From: Candidatus Terrybacteria bacterium RIFCSPHIGHO2_01_FULL_48_17
GTDB taxonomy: Bacteria; Patescibacteriota; Minisyncoccia; Terrybacterales; 2-01-FULL-58-14
NCBI GenBank assembly: GCA_001822835.1
Contig: MHSS01000001.1
Span: 37,297 to 77,293 of the forward strand
Reading direction: 5' to 3'
Length of the DNA: 39,997 nt
A program made the position numbers and the translations under genes. Positions 1 through 9,888 of the stretch are shown in pieces. The notes beneath the pieces are model-generated. The model made no database searches. It saw nothing but the letters and a program-made list of their open reading frames with translations, and was not told the DNA's origin. Position 1 is the first letter of the stretch. Every line of letters begins with the position of its first letter.

Positions 1-157
1 GCCGCTGTACTGGTTTTAGGCCATCGCGCGCATCGGGTAATGCGCGCGAAACAATGACCGACATCGCGTAATCCAGATACGATGTTGTCATCTCTTCGGT
101 AATCTCCTGTGGCGTAATCGTACCAATATTTTGTTCCACGGAATCTTTTTTTGCCAT
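1..157 (-). CDS. gyrA: DNA gyrase subunit A, 5' portion (runs off the window)
   Basis: Manual translation from ATG at 157: [52 protein letters not shown], the conserved GyrA N-terminal signature. Confidence 0.95.
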   Translation of the reverse strand, partial: MAKKDSVEQNIGTITPQEITEEMTTSYLDYAMSVIVSRALPDARDGLKPVQR

Positions 158-178
158 ACCTACTGCTCTATTTCTATC

Positions 179-520
179 TTAAGGGAGCTGCGTTGGTGCA
201 ACACCCGCTTCATTCTTGCGTTCTTCCAATGGAGCTTCATTCTTATTTTTTTCTTGTTCTAGTTCTGCCGCTATGATGCGTAAATGCTGCTGAAACCCAG
301 ACACCGCACCGCCCAGCGAGCTTCTCACAAAACTGCCGGGAGATTTTTCCCCTTCCGTGTTATCCGATTTTTCAAGAGCGCCTAACGATTTCATCTGCAA
401 CGGTAACAATAAAAGCCACAAAACAAAAAAAAGTATCCCGGCAATACCTGCCCCAAAAATTATAAGCCGCCACCGATCCTCCTCGGGAAGTGCGCGGATT
501 CTTATAAAAAGATTCTGCAT
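179..520 (-). CDS. Hypothetical single-pass membrane protein
   Basis: ORF 179..625, likely start ATG 520 (MQNLFIRIR); one hydrophobic segment (LIIFGAGIAGILFFVLWLLLLP); co-directional and tightly packed with neighbours. Confidence 0.6.
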   Translation of the reverse strand: MQNLFIRIRALPEEDRWRLIIFGAGIAGILFFVLWLLLLPLQMKSLGALEKSDNTEGEKSPGSFVRSSLGGAVSGFQQHLRIIAAELEQEKNKNEAPLEERKNEAGVAPTQLP

Positions 521-524
521 ATTC

Positions 525-1121
525 CTATTTCTTAAAAATAACCGTTCGCATCCGATCCTGTTCGCGATCATTGGCTGCGATTTTGTATCGGAAAGAGGTT
601 TGCTCCTCGGGATTTTTTGCCCCAATGAATTTTACCGCAGCGGCGACAACTTCAGGCGCGCCAACAGGGATAAAAACAGACGGCTCAATCTGATGCACCG
701 CCTCAATGCCTTTAAGAACGGCTTCGCCCTCCTTATTACCTTTGCTGCCTTTATGCGCCATTACATATATCATGATATCTACCGTTCCTATTGCATCGAT
801 ATGCTCGTCCTTCAAACTGCGTGCAACAGTAGGACTTAAAAGACAAACGCTGCTTTCGTCATCGGATACCACAAGCGCGTTTTCCCATTCCCCGGCTTTT
901 TTAAATACCGGCACCGCTTTAATGCGAAAACCGGCACAATCATATTCACCGGGACCCTCAATAACAAACCCACGAGCTTCTGTCTGAGGAGGAAAAAGAA
1001 TAACATCGGCACGCTCAAGCGCCCGGCTCGTTTTATCCTCTGCATACATGGCTAACCGCGCCTCTCCAGCATATTTTATTTGCAACTGAACACAACCAGC
1101 TCCACATTGGCCTATGGTCAT
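525..1121 (-). CDS. Degenerate MBL-fold (beta-lactamase-like) protein
   Basis: Likely start ATG 1121 (MTIGQCGAGCVQLQ); motifs FVIEGPGEYD, IGTVDIM and QIEPSVFIP resemble MBL-fold proteins; metal-binding His motif not evident. Confidence 0.6.
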   Translation of the reverse strand: MTIGQCGAGCVQLQIKYAGEARLAMYAEDKTSRALERADVILFPPQTEARGFVIEGPGEYDCAGFRIKAVPVFKKAGEWENALVVSDDESSVCLLSPTVARSLKDEHIDAIGTVDIMIYVMAHKGSKGNKEGEAVLKGIEAVHQIEPSVFIPVGAPEVVAAAVKFIGAKNPEEQTSFRYKIAANDREQDRMRTVIFKK

Positions 1122-1228
1122 AACGCTCTTATGGTAACATAAAAATTCACATACTGCACACTGGACATACGCCAAAAAACAATATATTCTGGGAAAACGC
1201 TGGCGTTCGTAAAGAAAGGAGGCGAAAA

Positions 1229-2440
1229 ATGGAAATACCACAACCAACAACACAATTACCTTCCTCCGATGAAAGCTCGGAGGGATTAACGCAGCTATTT
1301 AATGAAGCGACGGCCCTGTTGCCGAAAATCGGAGAGATTGTTGAGGGTACCGTCGTTGCACGAGGTACGGCTTCAATTTTTGTTGATCTGGGCCCCAGAG
1401 GCACCGGCGTTATTTTTGGAAAAGAATTTTATGCCGCGCAAGAAGCGCTCAAGGATTACGCGATTGGAAATATGATTGTGGCGAAAGTAGTGGATACGGA
1501 AAACCAAGAAGGCCTTATTGAGCTATCGATCGCGGAAGCCGGAAAAGAGCTTGCATGGTCGCACATCAAGGAAACGCATCGTAACGGAAGCATTTTCTCA
1601 ACAACGATCAAATCGGCAAATAGAGGCGGTCTCGTTGCGGATGTCGAAGGAACCGCAGCATTTCTTCCTGCTTCCCAATTAGGATTTGACCATTATCCCC
1701 ACGTGGAAGGGGGCGACAAAGAAAAAATTCTTGAAGAATTGCGCAAGTTAATCGGCCAACAATTACGCGTAAAAATCCTGGACATTAATCCCAAAGAAGA
1801 AAAAGTGATCTTGTCAGAACGCGCCGCTGAACTCGACGAACTCCAGGAAGAATTGAACCAATTTCATGTGGGCGATGTCGTGGAAGGAAATATTTCGCGC
1901 ATTGCGGACTTTGGAATATTCGTACGTTTTGGCCCGGATGAAAAACTTGAGGGCTTAGTACATACATCCGAGCTTGATTGGACACCAGTTCCTGATTTTC
2001 AGCAACACTACAAAGTAGGAAACAAGCTTAAAGTAAAGATAATTGATATTCAAGATGGAAGGGTTTCGCTCTCATTAAAGGCCTTGAAGCCCGATCCTTG
2101 GGCAAAAATAATAGAAAGGTTCCCAAAAAATACAAAAGTGTCGGCAGCCGTCGTGCGCATCACTACCTTCGGCGCATTTGTGGAATTAGCTCCAGGGGTT
2201 CAAGGATTAGTGCATATTGCAGAATATGGCTCGGAAAAGGCGCTTCAAGAAGCCCTCGAAGTCGGGAAAACCTACGATTTTCGGATGGCCGATATTGATC
2301 CGGAAGCGCGACGCATCAGCTTAAAACCGTGGCGAGAGCATGAACCCGAAAAAACTGAACAAGAACTAGCAACCTCAGAAATGAAAGGGGAAGAAATCCA
2401 ACAAGAAGATGCGCCGAAAAAGACCGAGGAAAATTCCTAA
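1229..2440 (+). CDS. rpsA: 30S ribosomal protein S1 (four S1 domains)
   Basis: Repeated S1 motifs (GEIVEGTVV, NRGGL..AFLPASQL, DFGIFV..EGLVHTSEL, FGAFVEL..GLVHI); SD AAGGAGG upstream. Confidence 0.93.
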   Translation: MEIPQPTTQLPSSDESSEGLTQLFNEATALLPKIGEIVEGTVVARGTASIFVDLGPRGTGVIFGKEFYAAQEALKDYAIGNMIVAKVVDTENQEGLIELSIAEAGKELAWSHIKETHRNGSIFSTTIKSANRGGLVADVEGTAAFLPASQLGFDHYPHVEGGDKEKILEELRKLIGQQLRVKILDINPKEEKVILSERAAELDELQEELNQFHVGDVVEGNISRIADFGIFVRFGPDEKLEGLVHTSELDWTPVPDFQQHYKVGNKLKVKIIDIQDGRVSLSLKALKPDPWAKIIERFPKNTKVSAAVVRITTFGAFVELAPGVQGLVHIAEYGSEKALQEALEVGKTYDFRMADIDPEARRISLKPWREHEPEKTEQELATSEMKGEEIQQEDAPKKTEENS

Positions 2441-2461
2441 CAGAAAGACAACGGTTACTGC

Positions 2462-2498
2462 GTCAACCCCCTGCTTTGTATAAAGCGGGGGCTTGACT
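2462..2498 (+). terminator. Hairpin after rpsA, overlapping the next -35 element
   Basis: GTCAACCCCCTGCTTT-gtat-AAAGCGGGGGCTTGAC imperfect inverted repeat; weak U tract. Confidence 0.55.
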
Positions 2499-2547
2499 TA
2501 TAAAGCGCGATACGATATAATATAAAAGTCACAATAGCTCTTTTAAA
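2493..2547 (+). promoter_or_regulatory. Sigma70 promoter plus boxA-like leader motif
   Basis: TTGACT(2493)-17 nt-TATAAT(2516), then GCTCTTTTAAA at 2537. Confidence 0.8.
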
Positions 2548-2598
2548 TCGTGACAAAACGAAAGGGAAACGGGCAACAATACAACAAGGAGGACACTG

Positions 2599-4161
2599 AT
2601 GAGGACAACCGCCACCAAGGCCGGCAAGCCGGCCGCTACGGCTCGCCCCAAGCGAGCCCGACAACCGAATACCGGGAAGGCCACGGCCTCAACCCCTTCC
2701 AACGAACCCAAGCCACAAGTGGCCCGGAAGCCCACACTTCATCGACCGAAGGTGACGGCAGCAGAACTCCTGAAGCAAGAGCGTAAGCTCGAACAGCAGG
2801 AGGAAATAACTGAGGCCGGCGATACACTCTCGGAACTGATCGAGATGCGCGGGCAACTTGCCGAGTTCGAGCGGGCCCGCGCTGCGCTTGAGCGGGAACA
2901 CAAGAAGCCGTCGGCCGAATTCGTCGCGCTGGAACGCAAGTTCCGGGACGACGCCGAACGCCTCCAACACGATCTTGAGGCAAAGGGTGAAGACGTGGCC
3001 AGAATCGCGCAATTCCGTGCCGCTTCGCAGCGGCTGCGCGAGATGGCTCCTCGCCGACCGCACACGCACGGCCCTGACTGCGAACGACCGTGCAAGACGC
3101 CGGATCCGAACGCGGACTACGAGCCGCCCGCCGAAGGCGAATACATCGAGGCGATCCATGGGCTTTTGGAGGTCACTGACCACCAGTCAGTTGATCCCGG
3201 GGCCTATAAGCGCTTGGACGAGACCGATCAGCGCCACCTCGTGTTCTGCCCGTGCCGCGAGCACCGGCAAAACGAGTACATGCTGGACTTCGGTCGCGGG
3301 AGGAAGGCAACCTTCAGAGGAACCTTCTTCTCACTGGACTCCTACGGGAAGTCAAAGGCGATCCGGGCCAGCGTGGACAATGCTGTTCGCATCTACGCCA
3401 AGGTGCGGGAAGCGATCCGCGGTCAGCTCCGGGAGCTCAAGGACCTTGGGACGAAGGCCGTCACGGTGACAGCCGCTGACGTTCTCAACCTCGAGACCGA
3501 AGGCCTTGTCGCTGTTCCCGTGTTCTTCCGGAATCAGGAAGGCGACGATGCCGAGAAGCCGGCCGGCAACCTATTCCTCGAGTGCTCCGGCAACGAGGTG
3601 ACCCTGCGCGCCGCGACTCACATCGGCATGCAGAAGATCCTATCTGACTGCATGGGCCAAACCCTCGCTGGCGGCCCCCGCAAGGACGGCAAGCCAGGTG
3701 TGTGGTTCGAGGGCCCGAAGCTTCTCATTTCCGTCCTCCAATCTGCTTGGGGGGTAGAACGGGAAGCGGCCCGGAGCGAGCGCGAACGCGCCCACAGCAC
3801 CCTCACGATCCAGAAGGCCGATCCCGTTCGGGCCGTCGGCGTCGAAAAGCTCGAGCAGCTCGGCGAAAAACTGCGAAGCGAGGAGAAATCCCCGCGCCGC
3901 AAGCCCAGCCGCAAGAGCACTAGCGAAGCCGAGGGCGAGTCAAAGCCCAAGGCGCGCACGCGCCGACAAGCAGAAAAGCCCACCGCCGAGGTCGAGGATG
4001 AGGCCGATGTCGAAGCCGCAGCTAGCGCTGCTGCCTCGACCGACGCCGACCCCCACACCGAGCGGACATCATCTGGCAGCGAGCCGGAACAGACAGCCAT
4101 GGCAGCGGCTCTGAGAGCCGCCGGCGTGGCGGCCGAGGAAGAGTCCGAGGCCACCAACTAG
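2599..4161 (+). CDS. Hypothetical GC-rich 520-aa protein with basic low-complexity N-terminus, coiled coil and Cys/His clusters
   Basis: Long ORF with SD AAGGAGG, own promoter and terminator; visibly GC3-rich codons; no family recognised. Confidence 0.85.
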   Translation: MRTTATKAGKPAATARPKRARQPNTGKATASTPSNEPKPQVARKPTLHRPKVTAAELLKQERKLEQQEEITEAGDTLSELIEMRGQLAEFERARAALEREHKKPSAEFVALERKFRDDAERLQHDLEAKGEDVARIAQFRAASQRLREMAPRRPHTHGPDCERPCKTPDPNADYEPPAEGEYIEAIHGLLEVTDHQSVDPGAYKRLDETDQRHLVFCPCREHRQNEYMLDFGRGRKATFRGTFFSLDSYGKSKAIRASVDNAVRIYAKVREAIRGQLRELKDLGTKAVTVTAADVLNLETEGLVAVPVFFRNQEGDDAEKPAGNLFLECSGNEVTLRAATHIGMQKILSDCMGQTLAGGPRKDGKPGVWFEGPKLLISVLQSAWGVEREAARSERERAHSTLTIQKADPVRAVGVEKLEQLGEKLRSEEKSPRRKPSRKSTSEAEGESKPKARTRRQAEKPTAEVEDEADVEAAASAAASTDADPHTERTSSGSEPEQTAMAAALRAAGVAAEEESEATN

Positions 4162-4177
4162 CCCTTTCGTTAACTCA

Positions 4178-4212
4178 ACCCCCATCGTGCCCGCGATGGG
4201 GGTAATTCTTTT
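4178..4212 (+). terminator. Rho-independent terminator-like hairpin
   Basis: ACCCCCATCG/CGATGGGGGT 10-bp stem followed by AATTCTTTT. Confidence 0.7.
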
Positions 4213-4260
4213 ATCTATCCCGGTTTTTCTATATGACGCCAGCGTGTTACACTATACGCA

Positions 4261-4989
4261 GTGCCAAAACGTCGCTCTAAACGTTTACGAAAACAAAAGA
4301 AAAATAATCAGCCGCATATTATTGCGCTTGGCGGATCCGTAGTTGCGCCTGATGGAATTAATTTAGAGTTTATTTCAAAATTCGGGGCATTTATCAAACA
4401 AGCGGTGCGCCATGGTCACCGTTTTCTTATTGTCATTGGAGGCGGGGCGCTCGCGCGCGAATATCAACGGGCTGCAAAATCGCTTGCCAAAGATACTCCA
4501 CAGATCGAGCTTGATACCATAGGAATGCGAGCAACAAGAGTAAATGCCGATCTTTTGCGTGTGGCGCTTGGAAAAAATGTACACCCAGAAATTGTCGAAA
4601 GTCCAGAAAGATTATTGCATATCCGTGATCCTATCGCAATTGCTGCTGGCTTTATGCCCGGCTACTCCACAGATACGGTTGCCATACGCATCGCAGAAGA
4701 AATTAATGCGGAGCGCGTTATTATTGCAGGAAGGCCGGCGTATGTATACGATCGCGATTTTATGCGCTACCCAAACGCAAAACCGTTCCGTTCGCTCACC
4801 TGGAACGCATACAAGAAGCTTATCGGGAAACGTTGGAAACCAGGCATGTCCTCACCCGTTGACCCGGTTGCGGCACAGCGCGCATCAAAATTCGGCATTG
4901 AGGTCGTGGTAGTTCGCGGAAACGACCTTTCCAACTTTGAAAAGGTCATTATGCGTAAGCCCTTTCGAGGAACGCGCATCAGCAGATAG
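4261..4989 (+). CDS. pyrH: UMP kinase, archaeal-type
   Basis: ALGGSV, IVIGGGALAREYQ, DTIGMRATRVNA, PGYSTD, VDPVA, FRGTRI motifs. Confidence 0.88.
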   Translation: MPKRRSKRLRKQKKNNQPHIIALGGSVVAPDGINLEFISKFGAFIKQAVRHGHRFLIVIGGGALAREYQRAAKSLAKDTPQIELDTIGMRATRVNADLLRVALGKNVHPEIVESPERLLHIRDPIAIAAGFMPGYSTDTVAIRIAEEINAERVIIAGRPAYVYDRDFMRYPNAKPFRSLTWNAYKKLIGKRWKPGMSSPVDPVAAQRASKFGIEVVVVRGNDLSNFEKVIMRKPFRGTRISR

Positions 4990-5040
4990 TTTTGTTGGTT
5001 GCGGATATTAACAATATACGATATAACGGTCAAGTTACCC

Positions 5041-6891
5041 ATGAAAGGATTTACTAAACAATTAATTGTTGTCATCGTGGTGCTTTTTGCGCTTTCCGCG
5101 ATTTTTTCCATTATTTCAGCACGGCTTCAAAAACCGGAGGATATAGCCATCTCACAAGTTGCCACGGAGATTCAAGAGAAAAAGGTGAAACGGCTCGTAG
5201 TGGAATCAAATAAGGTCACCATTGAACGTACCGAAGGCCCCCGAGCACAAGCGAGGAAAGAAGATGAGTCATCCATTACCGAAACACTTGATCGTTTCGG
5301 CGTAAGCCCGGAGGAGCTGCGCAATATTGAAATCGTCACAAAAGAACCAAGCGGCATTGGAGTATGGTTGCCAACTCTTCTTTCCATTTTTCTGCCCATT
5401 CTTATTATTCTTGGCATTTTTTGGTTCTTCACAAATCGTGCACAACAATCAACCATGCAGGCATTCTCTTTCGGAAAAGTGCGGGCGAAAATCTTTTCAT
5501 CCAGGGAACAAAAAGAACGAGCTACATTTGCCGATGTGGCAGGGGTACAGGAGGCAAAGGAAGAACTTCAAGAAGTTGTTGAATTTTTAAAGTTCCCGCA
5601 AAAATTTCTTACGATCGGCGCCCGCATCCCACGAGGAGTTCTTTTGGTGGGACCGCCGGGATCGGGTAAAACGCTCCTTGCGCGCGCGGTTGCGGGAGAA
5701 GCGGACGTCCCCTTCTTTCATATCTCTGGTTCAGAGTTTGTGGAAATGTTTGTTGGTGTAGGCGCTTCACGCGTGCGAGACCTTTTTGAACAGGCAAAAC
5801 GTACCGCCCCGTCCATTGTGTTTATCGATGAAATCGATGCGGTTGGCCGCATGCGAGGTACGGGACTTGGAGGAGGACATGATGAGCGGGAGCAAACCTT
5901 AAACCAGATCCTGGTTGAAATGGATGGGTTTGATCGCGCCACCAATGTTATCGTAATGGCAGCCACCAACCGGCCCGATGTTTTGGACCCGGCCCTTCTA
6001 CGCCCGGGGCGCTTCGATCGACACGTAATGCTTGATCAACCAGACATTAAGGCGCGTGAAGAGATTTTGCGCATACACGCAAAAGAAAAGAAGCTCTCCC
6101 CCGACGTTAATTTTCGCGCCATTGCCGAACGTACCCCGGGATTTTCCGGAGCCGATCTTGCCAATCTTATGAATGAGGCAGCCATCCTTGCTGCCCGCAG
6201 GAACAAACAAAACCTTACCCAGCTTGAGCTTTCAGAATCAATCGATAAGGTGATGTTGGGGCCAGAACGCAAATCCAAAGTACTTTCAGAAAAGGAAAAA
6301 GAAATCGCTGCATACCATGAAGCAGGACACGCGCTTATCGCCGCTTCAATCCCGGGAGCGGATCCCGTACATAAGGTTTCCATTGTTTCACGCGGCATGG
6401 CTGGCGGCTATACACAACAACTGCCTACCGAGGACAGGCGCCTTCATTCGCGTTCGGAGTTTCTCGCGCGGCTTGCAGTGCTTTTGGGCGGTTATGCGTC
6501 GGAGGAACTTGTCTTTAACGAATTAACAACCGGCGCATCAAACGATTTGCGCATCGCGAGTGATCTTACGCGAAAACTGGTTTGCGAATACGGCATGTCG
6601 GAAAAACTTGGACCGGTGGTCTATACGGAACGACAAGAAATGGTGTTTTTGGGCCGCGAACTTGCAGAAAAAACACATTATTCGGAAGAAATTTCCCAAA
6701 TCATTGATAAAGAAATCGAGCGGGTAATTCGTGAAGCGCATCTTCGGGCAAAACGAATCCTTACCCAAAAAAGAAGCTTGCTTGAAAAAATTGCGCAAAC
6801 TCTTATAAAACAAGAAACGCTCGAACGGGAAGAATTTGAGAGAGTGATTGGGAAAAAACTTCCCCCTACGACAAAAAACAAAGCAGCTTAA
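5041..6891 (+). CDS. ftsH: ATP-dependent zinc metalloprotease FtsH
   Basis: Two TM segments, Walker A GPPGSGKT, Walker [12 protein letters not shown] region, HEAGH zinc motif; ATG 5041 chosen as start. Confidence 0.97.
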   Translation: MKGFTKQLIVVIVVLFALSAIFSIISARLQKPEDIAISQVATEIQEKKVKRLVVESNKVTIERTEGPRAQARKEDESSITETLDRFGVSPEELRNIEIVTKEPSGIGVWLPTLLSIFLPILIILGIFWFFTNRAQQSTMQAFSFGKVRAKIFSSREQKERATFADVAGVQEAKEELQEVVEFLKFPQKFLTIGARIPRGVLLVGPPGSGKTLLARAVAGEADVPFFHISGSEFVEMFVGVGASRVRDLFEQAKRTAPSIVFIDEIDAVGRMRGTGLGGGHDEREQTLNQILVEMDGFDRATNVIVMAATNRPDVLDPALLRPGRFDRHVMLDQPDIKAREEILRIHAKEKKLSPDVNFRAIAERTPGFSGADLANLMNEAAILAARRNKQNLTQLELSESIDKVMLGPERKSKVLSEKEKEIAAYHEAGHALIAASIPGADPVHKVSIVSRGMAGGYTQQLPTEDRRLHSRSEFLARLAVLLGGYASEELVFNELTTGASNDLRIASDLTRKLVCEYGMSEKLGPVVYTERQEMVFLGRELAEKTHYSEEISQIIDKEIERVIREAHLRAKRILTQKRSLLEKIAQTLIKQETLEREEFERVIGKKLPPTTKNKAA

Positions 6892-6916
6892 AAACAAAAA
6901 TAAGGAGCAGTGTTAA

Positions 6917-7639
6917 GTGCGCATACGTGCGGTGCTGTGCGATATAGACGGCGTATTGCTTAATTCGATACCGCCTGCCTTGGAAATCGTAAAAACTATC
7001 CTTATATCGCAGGGAGTAGAGTGGACTGAAAAGCGCGAAGAAGAGTTCAGAAAAATAGCAGGTTTTCGCCTCACAGAATACTTTACAGTGCTTTTCCCAA
7101 ACCAATCGTTTGAACAAGCACGGGCTTCGTGGCGAGTGATTCAGCAACAAATTATTCCATCAACTATTCCTGCGTTCCCTTATGCAACGCGCGCAATACG
7201 CTCTCTCAAGAAACTGAAACTTCTGGTGGTCCTGGCAACCAACCGCCAAGCAGCTTCTTTCCCAGACCATGCGGGCAGCCACCCTCCCTGGCTTGATCTT
7301 GCCGATGCCATTCAAACGCTTGGTAAACGGTCGCCGAAACTCCATCCCCGGCACCTCACCACCAAGTGGGCAAAGCCAAATGGCAAAGCGTTGCATCCTG
7401 CAATACAATGGCTCAAAATGCGCGGCGTCCCCAAACACGAAATTGTGTTTGTCGGTGACTCGCTTGCGGATTTAATTGCCGCTTATGAAAATCATCTTCG
7501 CTTTATAGGAGTTCTTACGGGAACGATTGATACGCAAGAGCGATGGATTTTATGGGCACGCGAATACAATATTTCCCTTGCCACTGAAAATATTATTCCA
7601 TCTATTCGTGAATTTCCCGAATGGATACAACATCAATAG
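6917..7639 (+). CDS. HAD-superfamily hydrolase
   Basis: Motif I DIDGVL, motif II ATN, KPNG, motif IV FVGDSLAD; SD AAGGAG. Confidence 0.88.
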   Translation: MRIRAVLCDIDGVLLNSIPPALEIVKTILISQGVEWTEKREEEFRKIAGFRLTEYFTVLFPNQSFEQARASWRVIQQQIIPSTIPAFPYATRAIRSLKKLKLLVVLATNRQAASFPDHAGSHPPWLDLADAIQTLGKRSPKLHPRHLTTKWAKPNGKALHPAIQWLKMRGVPKHEIVFVGDSLADLIAAYENHLRFIGVLTGTIDTQERWILWAREYNISLATENIIPSIREFPEWIQHQ

Positions 7640-7666
7640 CGCCCCACAATCGTGGGGCGTGTTATT
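7640..7666 (+). terminator. Terminator-like hairpin
   Basis: CGCCCCAC/GTGGGGCG stem right after the stop codon. Confidence 0.55.
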
Positions 7667-7715
7667 ATCCTACTTTTGATATAGTATATCATGAAGATGT
7701 CATCTCCTCTTATTT

Positions 7716-9089
7716 ATGCGGACAAACGTTGACCAACCTGCCAAATCACAACAAATGCAACCCCCGCCATCTGACGTTTCCCCTTGGACGGGACTTGTGG
7801 GCTTAGTAGGATTTGCTCTTGCTTTTTTTGTAGCTTTTGTATTGCAAAAGGGTCTGCATCCGGCCCTCCGATCCATAGAAATGCTAAGCATAACCGGCCT
7901 TTTTATGATCGTTTTCGAACTCATCCGACTTAAAAATTATCCCCTTCTTTTCCAGATCATAAAAGGGCGATTGGACAAAGAAATACACGTATGGTCTGCG
8001 CGCGATATATTAATGCGTCTGTTGGGGGCTCTTATAACATTTACGCCATTTACGATCGGATATGTGGTATTAAAAACAATTATGCCGGATCGGTACGCGC
8101 CCTTTTTGATCGGTATTCTAATAAGTATTCCAATCGTTCTCCTATTTCTTGCGGTGCATTTTCTGCTTACCCCCTCCCAAAAGGACGTTTGGTGGCAGCT
8201 TGGCATGGTGGTGCTGCGAAAACAAAAAATAAAAGATATTCACGAAGGGGCAGAACATTGGCGACAATGGATGCTAAAAGCGTTTTTTATTCCTTTCATG
8301 TTTGGAATTGTGTACGGTAATCTTACTATTCTTGGCCGTATCATCGATAACTTCTCCTTTGAATTGCCCCGGGTTTTTTTGGTTCTGCATATGTTCATAT
8401 TTGCTGTCGATACGGTATTCGGTACGGCAGGTTATGTGTTGTCATTTCGTATAACCGATTCTCACATCAGGTCAACGCAAAAAAGCATCTTCGGTTGGGC
8501 TGTGTGCCTTATCTGCTATCCCCCGCTCCTATTTGTATTATTTTCCATTGCCGATTATCAAGATTCTATTACGTGGGATAAATGGCTTGGTACTACAGGA
8601 CCTTTGGCATGGGGATGGGCGCTTGCTATCCTCCTTTTTGAAACTCTGTATGTATGGGCAACGGTTATTTTTGGCCTACGATTTTCGAATCTTACACATC
8701 GTGGCATTGTTACCAATGGCCCCTATCGTTATTTCAAGCATCCCGCCTATTTTGCAAAGAATATCGCCTGGTGGCTGGTATATATCCCATTCATACCCAT
8801 TCTTTCGCTCGGTGTGGCGCTGGTTAATAGCGCGCAGCTTCTTTTTGTAAATTATATCTATTATCTTCGGGCAAGGACCGAAGAACAACACCTCATGGAA
8901 GACCCACGCTACCGCGAATATGCGGCGTGGATTGACGAACACGGAGTGCTTCCGTCGCTTCGATATACCGTTGCGAAAAGCTTTGCCGGAAGATTTGCGG
9001 CGCGACTAAGCAAACCGATTCTGATCCGCATATCGAATGCACACTATAAATATGTCCCGTGGAAGCATATTTTTAAAAAACTTTTGTAA
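7716..9089 (+). CDS. Polytopic membrane protein with C-terminal isoprenylcysteine carboxyl methyltransferase (ICMT)-like domain
   Basis: Many hydrophobic segments; RFSNLTHRGIVTNGPYRYFKHPAY and RARTEEQHL motifs. Confidence 0.78.
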   Translation: MRTNVDQPAKSQQMQPPPSDVSPWTGLVGLVGFALAFFVAFVLQKGLHPALRSIEMLSITGLFMIVFELIRLKNYPLLFQIIKGRLDKEIHVWSARDILMRLLGALITFTPFTIGYVVLKTIMPDRYAPFLIGILISIPIVLLFLAVHFLLTPSQKDVWWQLGMVVLRKQKIKDIHEGAEHWRQWMLKAFFIPFMFGIVYGNLTILGRIIDNFSFELPRVFLVLHMFIFAVDTVFGTAGYVLSFRITDSHIRSTQKSIFGWAVCLICYPPLLFVLFSIADYQDSITWDKWLGTTGPLAWGWALAILLFETLYVWATVIFGLRFSNLTHRGIVTNGPYRYFKHPAYFAKNIAWWLVYIPFIPILSLGVALVNSAQLLFVNYIYYLRARTEEQHLMEDPRYREYAAWIDEHGVLPSLRYTVAKSFAGRFAARLSKPILIRISNAHYKYVPWKHIFKKLL

Positions 9090-9097
9090 TCACACTC

Positions 9098-9127
9098 AAA
9101 AACCCAGGCATTGCGCCTGGGTTTTTT
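9098..9127. terminator. Bidirectional terminator
   Basis: AAAAACCCAGGC/GCCTGGGTTTTT between convergent genes. Confidence 0.8.
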
Positions 9128-9161
9128 ATTTCTTTCATAGAAAGCGGTACCCTGCGCAAAA

Positions 9162-9235
9162 TGGGCGCGCCCTGACTCGAACAGGGGACCTTCTCGGTGT
9201 AAACGAGACGCTCTAACCAACTGAGCTACGCGCCC
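9162..9235 (-). tRNA. tRNA-Val(TAC)
   Basis: GGGCGCG/CGCGCCC acceptor, anticodon arm TCTCG-TT TAC AC-CGAGA, TTCGAGT T-loop. Confidence 0.95.
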
Positions 9236-9321
9236 GCTTTATACGGGATTGCGATTTGTTCCCAATCGCTTCTATCTTGCCTGCCCGCCGAAACGTTGCG
9301 CAGATGGGGACAAATCGGGAA

Positions 9322-9385
9322 TAAACGAGACGCTGTCAACTGCCTTGTCCGCCGTAGTTTTAACGAAGGAGGAAGCTAGCCGCTC
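9322..9385 (-). pseudogene. Degenerate 5' half of a tRNA-Val-like gene interrupted by a 31-nt REP-like insert
   Basis: 13-nt exact match to 9200-9212 (TAAACGAGACGCT); CAACTG and AGCTA match the D arm either side of insert 9343-9373. Confidence 0.6.
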
Positions 9386-9389
9386 CCTT

Positions 9390-9851
9390 CTAGTTGTCAC
9401 CCGCCTTTTCTTCTTCTCCTTGATTTTTTTGACTATCCGTCTCTTGGGTAGATTTCGCCACCTCGATCTCCTGTGATTCTTTTTGAACTTGTCCTATCTC
9501 AGGAGGCACAAGCTCTCCGCGAAGGGTGGATCGCTTACCCACTCGTTTTCGTATAAAATTGAGCTTTGCGCGACGCGTTTTTGCACGACGGATAATTTCA
9601 ATATTAACCACCGTTGGGGCCCACAAAGGAAAAATTCGCTCAACACCAACCCCAAAAGCAATTTTCCGTACCGTAATAGTAGCGCCGGGCTCGGCGCCGT
9701 GCTTGCGCGCAATAACCAATCCTTCAAATATTGCGTTGCGTTCTTTCCCCCCCTCTTTCACTTTTTCGGTTACGCGTACCGTATCGCCCGGGCGAACATC
9801 GGGCCGGGGAGGTCTGGCAACCGATTGTTGAAATGTCGTGAGTAAATCCAT
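9390..9851 (-). CDS. rplS: 50S ribosomal protein L19
   Basis: PDVRPGDTVRV, FEGLVIA, TITVRKIAFGVGVERIFP, RRAKL motifs. Confidence 0.96.
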   Translation of the reverse strand: MDLLTTFQQSVARPPRPDVRPGDTVRVTEKVKEGGKERNAIFEGLVIARKHGAEPGATITVRKIAFGVGVERIFPLWAPTVVNIEIIRRAKTRRAKLNFIRKRVGKRSTLRGELVPPEIGQVQKESQEIEVAKSTQETDSQKNQGEEEKAGDN

Positions 9852-9888
9852 AAATACTACGAAATACGAGTTATTACGAATATACGAA

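Noticed and set aside
2636-4157. Long alternative-frame and antisense ORFs over the GC-rich gene
   Set aside because: Expected from high GC; only 2599..4161 has promoter, SD and terminator
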